Part shown: positions 49,611-60,449 of the stretch, one piece after another | Layout: each line of letters begins with the position of its first letter | Numbering within the stretch: the stretch's first letter is position 1 | Assembly: GCA_965249575.1 (NCBI GenBank) | Contig: OZ252244.1 | Coordinates: 3,232,001-3,296,000 of the forward strand | Reading direction: 5' to 3' | Length of the DNA stretch: 64,000 nt | From: Gemmatimonadales bacterium | Lineage (GTDB): Bacteria; Gemmatimonadota; Gemmatimonadetes; Gemmatimonadales; GWC2-71-9 | Translations under genes and position numbers: made by a program | Notes under the pieces: generated by a model | The model's database searches: none | What the model was told of the DNA's origin: nothing | The model's input: the letters and a program-made list of their open reading frames with translations, nothing else

Positions 49611-50876
49611 TTGAACCTGCTCGCTGCCGCGGCGCTCGCGGCAATTGGCCTGGTCGCCCTGGCGGTGGGGCGGTCCGCGCTCTTCCCCCCCGTGATATTT
49701 TGCACCGTGTGGTCGGGAGCCATGGTGCTCCTCGAGCTTTCCGGTAGCACGTTCTATCCGATTAGCGACCAGGCAAGGTTCGTGTTCGTCACTGGGGCGC
49801 TGGCGTTCCTCACTGGAGCCGCGCTCAGCGAGTGGGTGTTTGCGCACTCTCCGCCGACAGGGACCGAGCGGTATCGACTGCCCGACGGCGTGGCAGCGCG
49901 AATCGTGGATCTAACAATCGTGGTCATGATCGCCGCCTTCCCCTTTTACTGGGCGGAGGTACAGGCGGCGGTGCGTGCGACCGCCGTCGAGAATGCCTTA
50001 CTGGCGGCGCGGATGCGGGGTCTTGGCAGGGCTGCTGGTCTCACGCCAGAACTCCCGTTTCTGCTCCGGAACCTGGTTCAGCTCTCAATCGTTATCGCGC
50101 TTTTTTCGTTCAACGAGGCCAAGCCGGTTCGGGGCTGGCGCATTCGCTCCGGTGTGATCTTCGCGCTCGCGCTCGCGTATCAGCTCTTGACAGGCGGGCG
50201 GGTGGGGGCGCTCACACTGGTTGTGGGGACGGTGGCAGTGCTCTGGATTCGCTCGGGTCACTTTCGACTGCGACCGCTCCTGCCTGCCGCGGCGCTGTTC
50301 GCGTTCTCCTTCTCGATCATTGCCATTCAGCTGGAAAAGGGTACGGCGCGGCGTGGTATGTCGCTGGTCGAGAACATTCCTAGCGTGGTCGAGGGGCTTC
50401 AGGCCTATTCGCTTGGGGGGGTAGTGGCCTTCGACCGGATCGCCGAGACTCCGAACGTTTTGCCTTCGACGGGGGGGATCTGGCGTACGGCGCAGCAAAT
50501 GGCGAATCGGCTTGGTGCGGACTATGAGATTCCGGCACTGCATGCTCCGTACACCAGCGTGGGCGATTTCATCGACACGAACGTTTACACCATGTACTTT
50601 TCGTACCTTCCCGACTTCGGACTACTGGGAACGGCCTTCTTAGTGGCGGTCATTGGTGCGGTAACGAGCGCGGTTTTTCGGCTTGCGCTGCGCGGGAACC
50701 CGGCCGCGAGAGTGTTCTACGGCCTCTTTTTCGTCGGTGTGTGCCAAAGCGTCTTCAATGAGCCCTTCTATACGAACGTCAATCTCCTCTCAAAGGCGTT
50801 GGTGATTCTGGGACTGGTTTACGGCATTACCGCGCTGCGACAGCAGTCCCTCGACCGCGGTCCTGAGGCTGCCTGA
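49611..50876 (+). CDS. wzy: Wzy oligosaccharide repeat-unit polymerase
   Basis: About 10-11 TMs, TGGR, TNVYTMYFSYLPDFG; EPS cluster context. Confidence 0.8.
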   Translation: MNLLAAAALAAIGLVALAVGRSALFPPVIFCTVWSGAMVLLELSGSTFYPISDQARFVFVTGALAFLTGAALSEWVFAHSPPTGTERYRLPDGVAARIVDLTIVVMIAAFPFYWAEVQAAVRATAVENALLAARMRGLGRAAGLTPELPFLLRNLVQLSIVIALFSFNEAKPVRGWRIRSGVIFALALAYQLLTGGRVGALTLVVGTVAVLWIRSGHFRLRPLLPAAALFAFSFSIIAIQLEKGTARRGMSLVENIPSVVEGLQAYSLGGVVAFDRIAETPNVLPSTGGIWRTAQQMANRLGADYEIPALHAPYTSVGDFIDTNVYTMYFSYLPDFGLLGTAFLVAVIGAVTSAVFRLALRGNPAARVFYGLFFVGVCQSVFNEPFYTNVNLLSKALVILGLVYGITALRQQSLDRGPEAA

Positions 50877-51983
50877 GTGCTGCGAGTTGCGGCATTCACC
50901 GGTGGGCGGCGGGTGCCGAGCGCCCGATTCCGGGTACATCAGCATCGAGCCCGGCTGGCGCAGTACGGGATCGAACTGGTGCTGTTCCCCGCGCGACTCG
51001 GCTCGTATCCTCCGGTCAGCCGTGCGCTCCGTCCGTTGTGGCTCGGCGCGACCCTCGCGCAGCGAATGCCCGCAGTGGTACGGTCCCACGGGTTCGACGT
51101 GACGCTGCTCCAGCGCGAGATGGTGTCGACCCTCGTGACCCTCGAGGGCTTCACTGGGCGCCCTCGGGTGTTCGACGTGGATGACGCGCTCTGGATGCTT
51201 CGCGGCGGTGAGTTTGCTGGGAGTATTGCCGGGCGCTGCGACACCGTCGTCTGCGGCAACGATTATCTGGCGGACTACTTCGTCCGCTACAACCCAGATG
51301 TCAGCGTGATACCGACCGCGGTTGACGTCGAGCGCTTCACGCCCAGCGCGACCGACCGCGATGCGGGCCCTCCGGTCGTAGGGTGGATCGGAACCTCGTC
51401 GGGTCACAAGTACCTCTATGAGATCGAGGACGCCCTGGTTCGAGTTCTGCGATCGAGGCGCGACGCGGTGCTGAGGGTGGTATCAGACCGGGCACCGCGA
51501 TTCGCGCGGGTGTCCCCAACCCAATTCGAGTACGTTCCGTGGCAGGCTGAACAAGAGGCCGAGGTGATCCGCGGCATGACCGTCGGGATCATGCCACTCC
51601 GGGATACTCCCTGGGAGCGCGGGAAATGCAGCTATAAGATGCTGCTCTACATGGCGTGCGGCATCCCGGTCGTGGTGTCGCCGGTGGGGCTGAACGGCCA
51701 ACTGCTGGAGCGGGGAACCATCGGTTATTCTGCAGGGACCGGGGAGGAGTGGTCCGAGCGGATCCTTGCGCTCTTGGGTGACTCGAACCGCGCCCGAACC
51801 ATGGGCCGTGCCGGACGAGAGGTCGTTATGGAATCCTTCACAGCCGAAAAGGTTGGCCGGCAGCTCGCCGGAGTGCTGACGTCCGTCGCGGGCGGGGTTG
51901 CTGACTCGAGTGCATCCGGACTGTCTCCGTCACGTCCCGAGGTGACGCCGTCGCCGTCTCCGGCAGATCACGGTCTCACATGA
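50877..51983 (+). CDS. GT4 glycosyltransferase
   Basis: PSARFRV, FDVDDA, VGWIGT, GKCSYKMLLYMACGIPVVVSPVG. Confidence 0.9.
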   Translation: MLRVAAFTGGRRVPSARFRVHQHRARLAQYGIELVLFPARLGSYPPVSRALRPLWLGATLAQRMPAVVRSHGFDVTLLQREMVSTLVTLEGFTGRPRVFDVDDALWMLRGGEFAGSIAGRCDTVVCGNDYLADYFVRYNPDVSVIPTAVDVERFTPSATDRDAGPPVVGWIGTSSGHKYLYEIEDALVRVLRSRRDAVLRVVSDRAPRFARVSPTQFEYVPWQAEQEAEVIRGMTVGIMPLRDTPWERGKCSYKMLLYMACGIPVVVSPVGLNGQLLERGTIGYSAGTGEEWSERILALLGDSNRARTMGRAGREVVMESFTAEKVGRQLAGVLTSVAGGVADSSASGLSPSRPEVTPSPSPADHGLT

Positions 51984-53026
51984 GCGACTCGGGTCCGGGC
52001 CTGGATCGGATCCTCACTCCCGTGTTCCGGGGGTGGAAGACGATTACGTGGTGGGTAGCTGGGGTGTGTATACCGGTGCTCATCCTTGGTCTGATCGGCG
52101 GCCATCGCTTCGAGGCGACGGCGTCGCTGTCCACCGTAACGACCGGCCGCTCGATATCCGCTTCGGGCCTAGCTGCCGCGTTCCTCGGGGCGCAGACCGG
52201 AGGTGGAATTCAGTTGACCCCAGCGTTCGTCGTAGAGTTGGCACGGATGGACGGGGTGCTCTACGCCGTGGGCACATCCCGTGATCTCTCCGCCGACGGG
52301 GCACGCGTCATCGATCTCCTGGAGGACGCGGACTCCGGAGGGGTCGAGGACCACACCATCGTCCGCAAGATGCTTGGGTATGTCACGAGCGAGTTCGACG
52401 GCCAGACGGGAATCATCGACCTCACCGTCCTCCACCGGGATAGCGCGCTGGCGCGAGCCGTCCTGGAACGGGTCATCGATGCCGTCAGCGTGACGTTCCG
52501 CGACGCATCTCGGTCTCAGGCCCGGCAGATCCGGAAAGCCCAGAAACGACGAGTCGACTCCGCACAGGCGCAGCTGCGGCGCGCTGAAGAAGATTTGGTG
52601 CGCTTTACGGCGGCCAATCGCCTCATCGCGCCCCACTCCGAAGAATACGTCCTTCAGCAGAACATTCAACGTGCGGTCACCATCGCTCAAACTGTGTACA
52701 TGCAGGCGCTCACCGACCGGGAAGCCGCGCTCTCGAAAGAGTTGGAGGAGACGCCCGCCGTGGTGGTTCTCGATCCACCCCCCCCGCAGTTGCCCCGCGC
52801 ACCCCGGGGTCTCCTGATCCGGCTCTTCATGCTCACCATCGTCATCGTCGTCACCATCGGATCGTATCTCGTGCTTCGTGACAAGCTGAGGCGTGCCTAC
52901 GCGAAGCCGAACGAGCAGCGAAGCCCGGCCTTTGAGGCGCTGCTCGATATCCCGTTGGCCGGCCCGATCATAAAGCGGATGGGGAGTCGCCCTGCCAAAC
53001 GCCTCACGCCGGGTGTCCACGACTAG
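51980..53026 (+). CDS. Second Wzz/GNVR-like chain-length determinant
   Basis: Two TMs with a periplasmic coiled coil; EETPAVVVLDPP. Same architecture as 30274-31416. Confidence 0.72.
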   Translation: MSDSGPGLDRILTPVFRGWKTITWWVAGVCIPVLILGLIGGHRFEATASLSTVTTGRSISASGLAAAFLGAQTGGGIQLTPAFVVELARMDGVLYAVGTSRDLSADGARVIDLLEDADSGGVEDHTIVRKMLGYVTSEFDGQTGIIDLTVLHRDSALARAVLERVIDAVSVTFRDASRSQARQIRKAQKRRVDSAQAQLRRAEEDLVRFTAANRLIAPHSEEYVLQQNIQRAVTIAQTVYMQALTDREAALSKELEETPAVVVLDPPPPQLPRAPRGLLIRLFMLTIVIVVTIGSYLVLRDKLRRAYAKPNEQRSPAFEALLDIPLAGPIIKRMGSRPAKRLTPGVHD

Positions 53027-54295
53027 GTGATCGGCCGGACGCCGCAGGAAGCGGCGGCATCGGAGATCGAGCCACTCGGTCCCGGCTCGGCGACCCCGCA
53101 GAACCCCGCGCCGTCGGTGCTCCACGTGATCACCGGGCTCCAGACCGGTGGGGCCGAGATGATGCTGTTCAAGCTCCTGGCCTCCGCCGGCGCCGGCCCC
53201 TTCGGTCACCGAGTCCTCGCGCTGTCCGGCACGGGGCCGGTTGGAGACCGAATCGCGGGGCTAGGCGTGCCTGTGGCCGCGCTGGGGATCGGCGGGCCGC
53301 TGCCGTCGCCTCGGGCCTGTGCCCGCTTGGTGCGGGAGGTGCGTGGGGCTCGAGCCGGTCTGATCCAGGGCTGGATGCCGCATGGGAACCTCGCCGCGCT
53401 CATTGGGGCTGGCTGGGCGCGGACCAGAAGTCCCGTCGTCTGGAGTATTCGGAACGCGCTCTACGACCTCACACATCAGTCACGGACCACTCGATGGCTC
53501 ATTCGGGCGTGCGCCACCCTGTCTAGCAAGCCGGCGGCCATCGTATACAATTCCCGGGTCTCCGCGCAACAACACAGTGCGTTCGGCTACGACGCGACGA
53601 GGGCCACAGTCATACCGAATGGCTTCGACTGCGATCTCTTTCAACCGAGCCCGGCCAGGCGCCATCGCCTACGGGCTGAACTCGCAATATCCGACCGCGA
53701 CGTCGTGGTCGGTATGGTAGCACGCTATCACGCAGTGAAGGATCACGTTACTTTCCTGCGAGCTGCGAGGCACGTGCTCGAGGCACACCGTTCCGTGACC
53801 TTCGTTTTAGCGGGCCGCGGAGTGGACGCGGCGAACGAGGAGTTGGGCGCACAGCTCACTGCGCTCGGGATTGGGGACCGGGTTCGCCTTCTTGGCGAAT
53901 GGCGTGACGCCCAAGGCCCTTACGCTGGGATGGATATCGCCGCACTCAGCTCGTACACCGAGTCGTTTCCCAACACGTTGGGCGAGGCGATGGCGACTGG
54001 TGTACCCTGTGTGGCGACCGCCGTTGGCGACGTCTCATGGATCCTCGGCGATACTGGGCGCACCGCGCCTCCGAAGGACCCCGCACGACTAGCCGAGGAG
54101 CTGCTTGCGCTCATACGCGTCGGCCCGGACGGCCGCCGGGAGTTGGGCCGGAAGGCGAGAGCGCGGGTACAGTCGGCATTTTCGTTGTCGGCGGTCGCCG
54201 CTCAGTACGGACGTCTGTACTCCAGGGTCCTGAATGCGTGCGATCGTGCGATGTTGAGTAGCCCGGACAAACCACTGTCGAAGGGCGCCTCATGA
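53027..54295 (+). CDS. GT4 glycosyltransferase
   Basis: HVITGLQTGGAE, IPNGFD, KDHVTF, ESFPNTLGEAMATG. Confidence 0.92.
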   Translation: MIGRTPQEAAASEIEPLGPGSATPQNPAPSVLHVITGLQTGGAEMMLFKLLASAGAGPFGHRVLALSGTGPVGDRIAGLGVPVAALGIGGPLPSPRACARLVREVRGARAGLIQGWMPHGNLAALIGAGWARTRSPVVWSIRNALYDLTHQSRTTRWLIRACATLSSKPAAIVYNSRVSAQQHSAFGYDATRATVIPNGFDCDLFQPSPARRHRLRAELAISDRDVVVGMVARYHAVKDHVTFLRAARHVLEAHRSVTFVLAGRGVDAANEELGAQLTALGIGDRVRLLGEWRDAQGPYAGMDIAALSSYTESFPNTLGEAMATGVPCVATAVGDVSWILGDTGRTAPPKDPARLAEELLALIRVGPDGRRELGRKARARVQSAFSLSAVAAQYGRLYSRVLNACDRAMLSSPDKPLSKGAS

Positions 54296-55233
54296 ACGGC
54301 TTAGTCCTCGTGACCGGCGGAGCAGGGTTCATTGGGAACAACATCGTTCGCGTACTGCTGGAACGAGGAGTGCGAGTTCGCATCTTCGACAACTTTTCGA
54401 CCGCCCACCGCGAGAACGTCGCCGACATCTTCGAGCAAATCGAGCTCGTTGAGGGCGATCTGCGGTCGATCGACGCATGCCGGCGCGCTGTAGATGGGGC
54501 GACGTTCGTCCTGCATCAGGCCGCGTTGCCGTCGGTGCCCCGCTCGATTGAAGACCCCCATACGACACACGAGGTGAACGCGACGGGCACGCTGCACATG
54601 CTTATGGCGTCTCGGCGCGCAGGCGTAAAGCGTTTTGTGTACGCGTCGAGCTCCTCGATTTACGGGCCCGAGCCAAAGTTGCCGCGCAGTGAGAGCGATC
54701 GTCCGCATCCCATCTCGCCATACGCGGTCTCGAAGTTGTCCGGAGAGCAGTACTGCACCGCGTTCTGGCGATCCTACGGTCTCGAAACCGTCGCCCTCCG
54801 CTACTTCAACGTGTTCGGCCCCCGGCAGGGGTGGGACTCCCCCTATGCGGCGGCGCTTCCTCGTTTCGTTCATGCGCTTCAGCGAGACGAGCGCCCGAAG
54901 ATCTTCGGGGACGGGAAACAAACTCGTGACTTCACGTTTGTTACCAACGTCGTGAACGCCAACCTGATGGCGCTCGAAGCGCCGTCGGCTCCGGGAAATG
55001 TGTACAACGTCGGCGCTGGCCAGCAGACGTCGATCAGCCAACTCCTGGATTACATCATGGACGTCATGGAACGGCGGTGCGAGCCGGAGCTCCTTCCGCC
55101 GCGCGCTGGAGATGTGCGAGACTCGCTTGCCGACGTGACCCGAGCGATCGAGGATCTGAAGTATGATCCGGCTGTATCGGTCAGGGAGGGTCTCAGGCCC
55201 ACTGTCGAGTGGTTGACCAACCACCGGTCTTAA
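54292..55233 (+). CDS. NAD-dependent UDP-HexNAc 4-epimerase-like (WbpP type)
   Basis: TGGAGFIG, HQAALPSVPRSIEDP, YAVSK, LRYFNVFGPRQ, GDVRDS. Confidence 0.88.
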   Translation: MNGLVLVTGGAGFIGNNIVRVLLERGVRVRIFDNFSTAHRENVADIFEQIELVEGDLRSIDACRRAVDGATFVLHQAALPSVPRSIEDPHTTHEVNATGTLHMLMASRRAGVKRFVYASSSSIYGPEPKLPRSESDRPHPISPYAVSKLSGEQYCTAFWRSYGLETVALRYFNVFGPRQGWDSPYAAALPRFVHALQRDERPKIFGDGKQTRDFTFVTNVVNANLMALEAPSAPGNVYNVGAGQQTSISQLLDYIMDVMERRCEPELLPPRAGDVRDSLADVTRAIEDLKYDPAVSVREGLRPTVEWLTNHRS

Positions 55234-55332
55234 CGAGCATGCGATCGCTCGGCGGGGCGTTGAGGGGGACCCGAGCGATTTCGTGAAAAGGGCGATGCGC
55301 CGAATCCGACACCTTCCCCGAGCCGCTGAACC

Positions 55333-56604
55333 GTGACGCTCCCCCAACGCCGACAGGCCGCCTCATCCGGAGAAGTGACGCCGTCGCCGTCAGCCGCATC
55401 TGCCGGTGTCCCGGTAGCTCCGAAACTCCTTTTGTTCGTAAGCGAGGACTGGTATTTCCTCTCCCATCGACTCGCGCTGGCGAAGGCCGCACGCGCCGCC
55501 GGGTACGAGGTGGTTGTGGTCACCCAGGTCACCGACTACGCCGACCGAATCCGGGGCGAGGGCTTTTCGCTCAGGGAAGTCCGGTTACGCCGGGGCGGGA
55601 CCAATCCTCTCCAGGAACTCCGGACCGTGGCGCAGCTCGTGCGTATCTATCGCAGGGAACGGCCTGATATAGCACACCACGTCGCGATCAAGCCCGTCAT
55701 CTATGGGTCCGTGGCCGCCGCACTGGCCGGCGTGCCGAGGACAGTGAACGCCCTGATGGGTCTGGGATACGTCTTCATCTCCACGGACTGGACCGCTCGG
55801 CTCCTGCGGCCGCTGCTGACCGGTGCCTTTCGGATCCTCCTCAATCGACGCGGTGCCCGCGTCCTCCTGCAGAATCCGGACGACCGGGAGTTTTTGGCTG
55901 GGATGCGTTTGGTCGCGGTCTCCGACGTCTCGATCGTGCGGGGGTCGGGGATCAATCTGGATGAGTTCACACCGCGGCCCGAGCCCGAGGGCGACCCGGT
56001 CGCGCTTCTGCCGGCACGCATGCTGTGGGATAAGGGTGTTGGCGACTTCGTCGAGGCGGCCCGTATCTGCCATAAACAGGGAGTCCGGGCACGGTTCGTT
56101 CTGGTGGGTGACACGGATTCGGCAAACCCGGCGTCGATTCCTCCGGATCAATTGACGGCATGGGCGAAGAGCGGTGTGGTGGAGTGGTGGGGGCACCAAC
56201 AGGACATGGTCTCGGTCTACGCCCGGTGCTCGGTGGTCTGCCTGCCGTCCTACAGGGAGGGGCTTCCCAAAGTGCTCCTCGAAGGAGCCGCGAGCGCGCG
56301 CGCGATCGTTGCCACCGACGTCCCCGGTTGCCGAGAGGTCGTCCGTGATGGTGAGAATGGAAGGGTGGTGCCGGCACGAAACCCAGACGAGCTGGCCGCA
56401 GCCCTGAGGCAGCTACTGGAGAATTCAAACGATCGAAAACGTATGGCGCGCCGGAGTCGCGAGATCGCGGAGCAGGAGTTCGGGATCGATCGGGTAGTCG
56501 GTGCGATATTGGGCATCTATCGCGAACTGGGTGTCACGCCGAGTCGCGCCCGGAGCGAGCGGACTGAGGCTCCAGGCGAGGGAGGCGGACGCGTTACCGC
56601 CTGA
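55333..56604 (+). CDS. GT4 glycosyltransferase (CapM/PglA-like)
   Basis: DWYFLSHRL, KPVIYG, RMLWDKG, SYREGLPKVLLE, TDVPGCRE. Start could be 55333 or 55375. Confidence 0.9.
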   Translation: MTLPQRRQAASSGEVTPSPSAASAGVPVAPKLLLFVSEDWYFLSHRLALAKAARAAGYEVVVVTQVTDYADRIRGEGFSLREVRLRRGGTNPLQELRTVAQLVRIYRRERPDIAHHVAIKPVIYGSVAAALAGVPRTVNALMGLGYVFISTDWTARLLRPLLTGAFRILLNRRGARVLLQNPDDREFLAGMRLVAVSDVSIVRGSGINLDEFTPRPEPEGDPVALLPARMLWDKGVGDFVEAARICHKQGVRARFVLVGDTDSANPASIPPDQLTAWAKSGVVEWWGHQQDMVSVYARCSVVCLPSYREGLPKVLLEGAASARAIVATDVPGCREVVRDGENGRVVPARNPDELAAALRQLLENSNDRKRMARRSREIAEQEFGIDRVVGAILGIYRELGVTPSRARSERTEAPGEGGGRVTA

Positions 56605-58155
56605 GCGCTATGATCAGTGTGGCCGTGGCGGCGAGGATTTGGACGAGTGAGGGAAGCAGGGTCGCGAACGGTATCCCCCCGACTCCCGCAGGCTTCTGGG
56701 GTACGACAATCACCGCTCCGGGCTCGGGGCGCTCTCCGTTCTGAATGATCCCGTTTGGTTGCTCGACGTACACGCGACTCTTGTCTGCCGCTCGAGTGTA
56801 TCCGCCCGCGGCCTCGACGTAGTGACCGACGCCGGCGCCGGGTCGGTAGGCGACGCTGGCCGGTGCGTACACCGCTCCTTCCACTCTGACGACTGGATTG
56901 AGAGATGGTACGTGGATCGAGTCGTCCGCAATGAGCACCAGATTGTCCCGAAACGACGGATCCCGGACGACGCGGGGCAAGTCGATCCCAATTCTGCCGG
57001 CCGATCCCTCTTGTCGGTGGAACGTGGCACCGTTCGGGTACGCCTGAGGTGTGAATCCGCCAGCACGCCGAATGACGCTCGAGAGGCGTTCGTCCTTCGT
57101 CAGCAACGTGTACGTTCCCGGGTAGCGCACTTCGCCACTGATCGTGACGTTCGCCTGCGGCCGCCAGCCGGGTTGGCGTCGAAGGAATACTTGGTCGTTG
57201 GGGTTGAGTTGAATGCTGGGCGCGTTTCGGGTACCGGTGCGACGTCTAACGTACCCCGTTTCATCCACGATAAAACTGGAGTCGAGCGGGATGCGAAGCA
57301 CGACGGCGAGCGAGTCGCCGTCGGAAACGGGCTCCGATGCGAGGCGCGCCACCTCCGCTACGGTGAGATCGGCATCGTCGGTGAGGCCGCCGGCCATGAG
57401 CACTGCGTCTCGAAGCGTCATCGAGTCGGCGAACGCGTACGCGCCCGGATTTCGTACGGCTCCGTGTACCGTGACCTGCCTCGCGGACCGAAACGATGTC
57501 TCGGCATACACGGTAACCTGATCGAATTCCTGTAGCGTGAGGTTGTCACCGCCGCTCGGTGTGCCATCGGCGTCGAGCGCGACGCCGATCAGCCGGGTTG
57601 TCTGGTCTTGGAACGTTCGAAGAATCTGCACCCGGCCCCCGTACGAGTCGGATCGCAGGCCACCGGCCACCGCGAACAGATCAGACAGCCGCGCCGATCT
57701 CTCCAGAGAATAGGTACCTGGCTGCCAAACGGCGCCGCGAATCGTCACCGCGTTGCGGGTTGGTCCCTGGATGGAAAAGACCGTGATGCTGTCGCCCGCG
57801 AGGATCGGGATCTCGGGCCCCGTAGAGTCGAGCGCCACTCCGAGATCGACGGTCACCACTGAGCGCGCGCGCCCCGGCGCGGGCCGCTGGTCCGGCGGCA
57901 GGACGCGCGAGATCGTTACCGCTTCGGTGGCTGCAAACGGAGTCAACCCGCCCGCCATCTGGACCAGACGGCGCAATCCCTCGCCCGGCTTGAGCTCGTA
58001 GATCGCCGGTCGGGTGACCTCACCGGTGATTCTGGCCCGCGGTCCTCGAATGGGTACGAAGACGACGTCCCCCGGATTGTAGCGGGACATCGTTTCGCAC
58101 GATCCCCCTGAGCAGGTAGTCGTATACGTCGACGGTCGCAACGAGCACGGTTCCG
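56594..58155 (-). pseudogene. Second multi-SLBB OPX protein, 5'-truncated and frameshifted
   Basis: VATVDVYDYLLRG..LQSG then DVVFVP, with an extra base in the C5 run at 58069-58073. Paralog of 31446-33989 lacking the signal peptide and Poly_export domain. Confidence 0.82.
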
Positions 58156-58159
58156 GATG

Positions 58160-59363
58160 CGTCCCTTGATGACCCGCGAGACATCCCGCGCGAACCCGCG
58201 CGCTGAGAAGCGAGTTTCGGCCCGGGTCCGTCCTGCCTGGCCGATCGACCGAAGGTCCCGACAACGGAGTCCCGAGAACTGCCTGGAGCGCGGCGCTCAA
58301 CGCCGGCGGGATCCCGGGGGGGTACGAGCCAACCACCGGCGACGCCACCACCCACCTCGCCGGCCAGGATTTCCAGCGGCCCGCCCTCACCGGTAGCCAG
58401 CACCGGGACTCCGCAGGCCATCGCTTCTAGGATGACCCTCCCGAACGGCTCGGGACGCAGAGAATAATGGACGGCGAGGTCGAACTCGGGGTATACTAGC
58501 TCGATGCGTCGCTGAAACGGGAGGAGGTGGACCCTTGGCAGTACCCCAGCGGTCCCGGCGCCCCGCTCCCGCGCGACGCGCTCCACGAGCATCTTCCCAA
58601 ACCGCCGCTCGGCGACCGTGTCGTAAATACTTCCACCGACGAGGACGAGGTGAACGCTCGGGGTGTCGGCGTGGAGGCGGCGAAACGCATCGAGCACTTC
58701 GAGCTGCCCCTTCCAGCGCGCGAACACCGCGGGCATCCCAATCACGCGGTGCCCGTGCGGAATCCCCAGCCGGTCGTGTACCCAGAAACTACGTGGACGG
58801 GGCTTGAACCGGTCGAGGTCCACGCCGTTGGGGATCACGGAAAGCGTGGCTCGTCCACCGGTGGTCCACGCCCTTCCAGCGGCCTCGCTGTTGGCGATGA
58901 GCCGGTCAGGCACCCGCCGGGCCAGCAGCTTCCAGGCTGGCCCGGTCACGCGCGGCGGGAACTCGTGGAGATGCCAGACCACGGGTCGATCCCGCCGAAA
59001 CGCGGTCGCGAGGTGGGTCTTGAAGGAGACCGAGTAGACGGCATGGGCGGTCCTCCAGAATTCGTGGCCCGACGCGTGCTGTGCCCAGCGAGCGAGTCCG
59101 AACACGGCGAACGGGGCCGACCAGAGGTGACCGGTGCGTTGCGACCCCCTCAAGACGTATCGAGGTGCCGGAAGAACGTCCGTCGGCACGCCCAGCTCGC
59201 GCAGAATGCCGACGAGCGGTCCGTCGCGGGGAGTAATGACCCCGAGAACGATGTCATGTTCGAACGCTCGAGCGGCAAAGTCGATGAACACTCGCTCCGT
59301 TCCGCCGAGTTCCGCGGAGGCCGCGAGTGCCACGACTCTCGTTGCCTCGCTAAGCCCTGACAT
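58160..59363 (-). pseudogene. GT4 glycosyltransferase with C-terminal frameshifts
   Basis: GGTER, WHLHE, IPNGVD, EPFGRVILEAMACG. The C-terminus continues over three frames (RDPA / ALSAALQAVL / RSIGQAGRTRAETRFSARGFARDV) and abuts the SLBB fragment. Confidence 0.78.
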
Positions 59364-59673
59364 GGTCTCGATAGACTGCTGCGGTCAGGCGCGCCGTCTC
59401 GCGCCAGCTGAACCGCCTCGCGTGCACGCGACCGCGGGAGGAAAGGTCCGCCCGCCATGACGTATCCGCGGCCAGTTTCTCGAGCACCTCGCAGTAGGCC
59501 TCCGCCGTGCCCTCTTTCACGATGATACCCGCGCCGCCCGACACTTCGGCCAACGCACCAGCCCCCGAGGTGACGACGGGAAGACCAGATGCCATTGCTT
59601 CGAGCACGGGAAGACCGAAGCCCTCAAAGTGGGACGGGAATAGCAAAACGTCCGCGGCCCGGTAGGCAATCCG
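59350..59673 (-). pseudogene. C-terminal fragment of a GT4 glycosyltransferase
   Basis: YRAADVLLFPSHFEGFGLPVLEAMASG..FSWRETA; the upstream part is replaced by mobile-element DNA. Confidence 0.82.
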
Positions 59674-59678
59674 ATGGT

Positions 59679-59948
59679 GAGCTCGCGGTCTGGCAGTACG
59701 CGGACGCCACCGTGCGGTATCTCTACCCGCCGGTGCTGGGCGATCCTGACCTCGACAAGCTGCTTGCAGCCCTCGAGAAGGCCCCGCAGGGTCTGACCCG
59801 CACCCGGGTATACGCACTGTTCAATCGAAACAAGCGGTCGGAGGAGATTGATCGCTTGTTGGCGACGGTGGTACGGAGTGGGCGGGTTGAAGTGGCAGAC
59901 CAAAAAACGGGAGGACGACCAGCCCAGGTCTGGAGGCTCACGACGTGA
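59679..59948 (+). pseudogene. C-terminal fragment of a DUF3987/YfjI-like replication protein
   Basis: LAVWQYADATVRY..GDP..GLTRTRVYALFNRN..TGGRPAQVW winged-helix-like tail, recalled from this family. Confidence 0.6.
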
Positions 59949-60226
59949 GCAACAACGCGCTCCCGTTCCCGGTGCCGGTGCCCCCTCCCAATCGCGGGCG
60001 CATGCTGTCGGCGAAACAGGTCGCAGCCGATGTGTTCAACGGCACCGTGTCAGAATCCTGGGTAAGACGTAACTTGCCGGGAAAGATCCGGCTGGGACAC
60101 TCGACCGTGGTCTGGTGGGAACTCGACGTGCGCCACTGGCTCGAGGCACGGTCGGTTGCACACTCCTCTTGCCCTCCCGACGCTAAGGGAACAAATTGTG
60201 ACATCACCTCAACAGGGACTGCGTGA
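59945..60226 (+). CDS. AlpA/excisionase-like DNA-binding protein
   Basis: MLSAKQVAA..KIRLGHSTVVWWELDVRHWL matches the AlpA pattern. Confidence 0.7.
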   Translation: MSNNALPFPVPVPPPNRGRMLSAKQVAADVFNGTVSESWVRRNLPGKIRLGHSTVVWWELDVRHWLEARSVAHSSCPPDAKGTNCDITSTGTA

Positions 60227-60449
60227 CGTGGTGGCCGATGCTCTGAAAGCCGCAACGCCGAGCCTCAAGGAACTGGCCGATGAGGTCGGGGTGTCCTATC
60301 AACTCCTCCGGCAGTTTGCCGGGGGACACCGGAACCCCCCGCCTCCGGTCGCCCGCGCACTGGCGAAAGTGCTCCGGGGTCATGCCAAGCGGCTCCAACA
60401 GGAAGCGGCCCACCTCTCCCGCGCAGCCCGCATACGAAAGGGGGAGTGA
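60198..60449 (+). CDS. Small XRE/Cro-like HTH regulator
   Basis: SLKELADEVGVSYQLLRQFAGGHRNP. Confidence 0.7.
   Translation: MTSPQQGLRDVVADALKAATPSLKELADEVGVSYQLLRQFAGGHRNPPPPVARALAKVLRGHAKRLQQEAAHLSRAARIRKGE

Noticed and set aside
58020..59363. Apparent GT4-SLBB fusion protein in the ORF track
   Set aside because: Produced by frameshifts and a deletion junction; the natural GT4 C-terminus lies in another frame.
59350..59948. Overlapping full-length ORFs 59350-59817 (-) and 59589-59948 (+)
   Set aside because: Each is meaningful only on its own side of the junction near 59675; the extensions are read-through.
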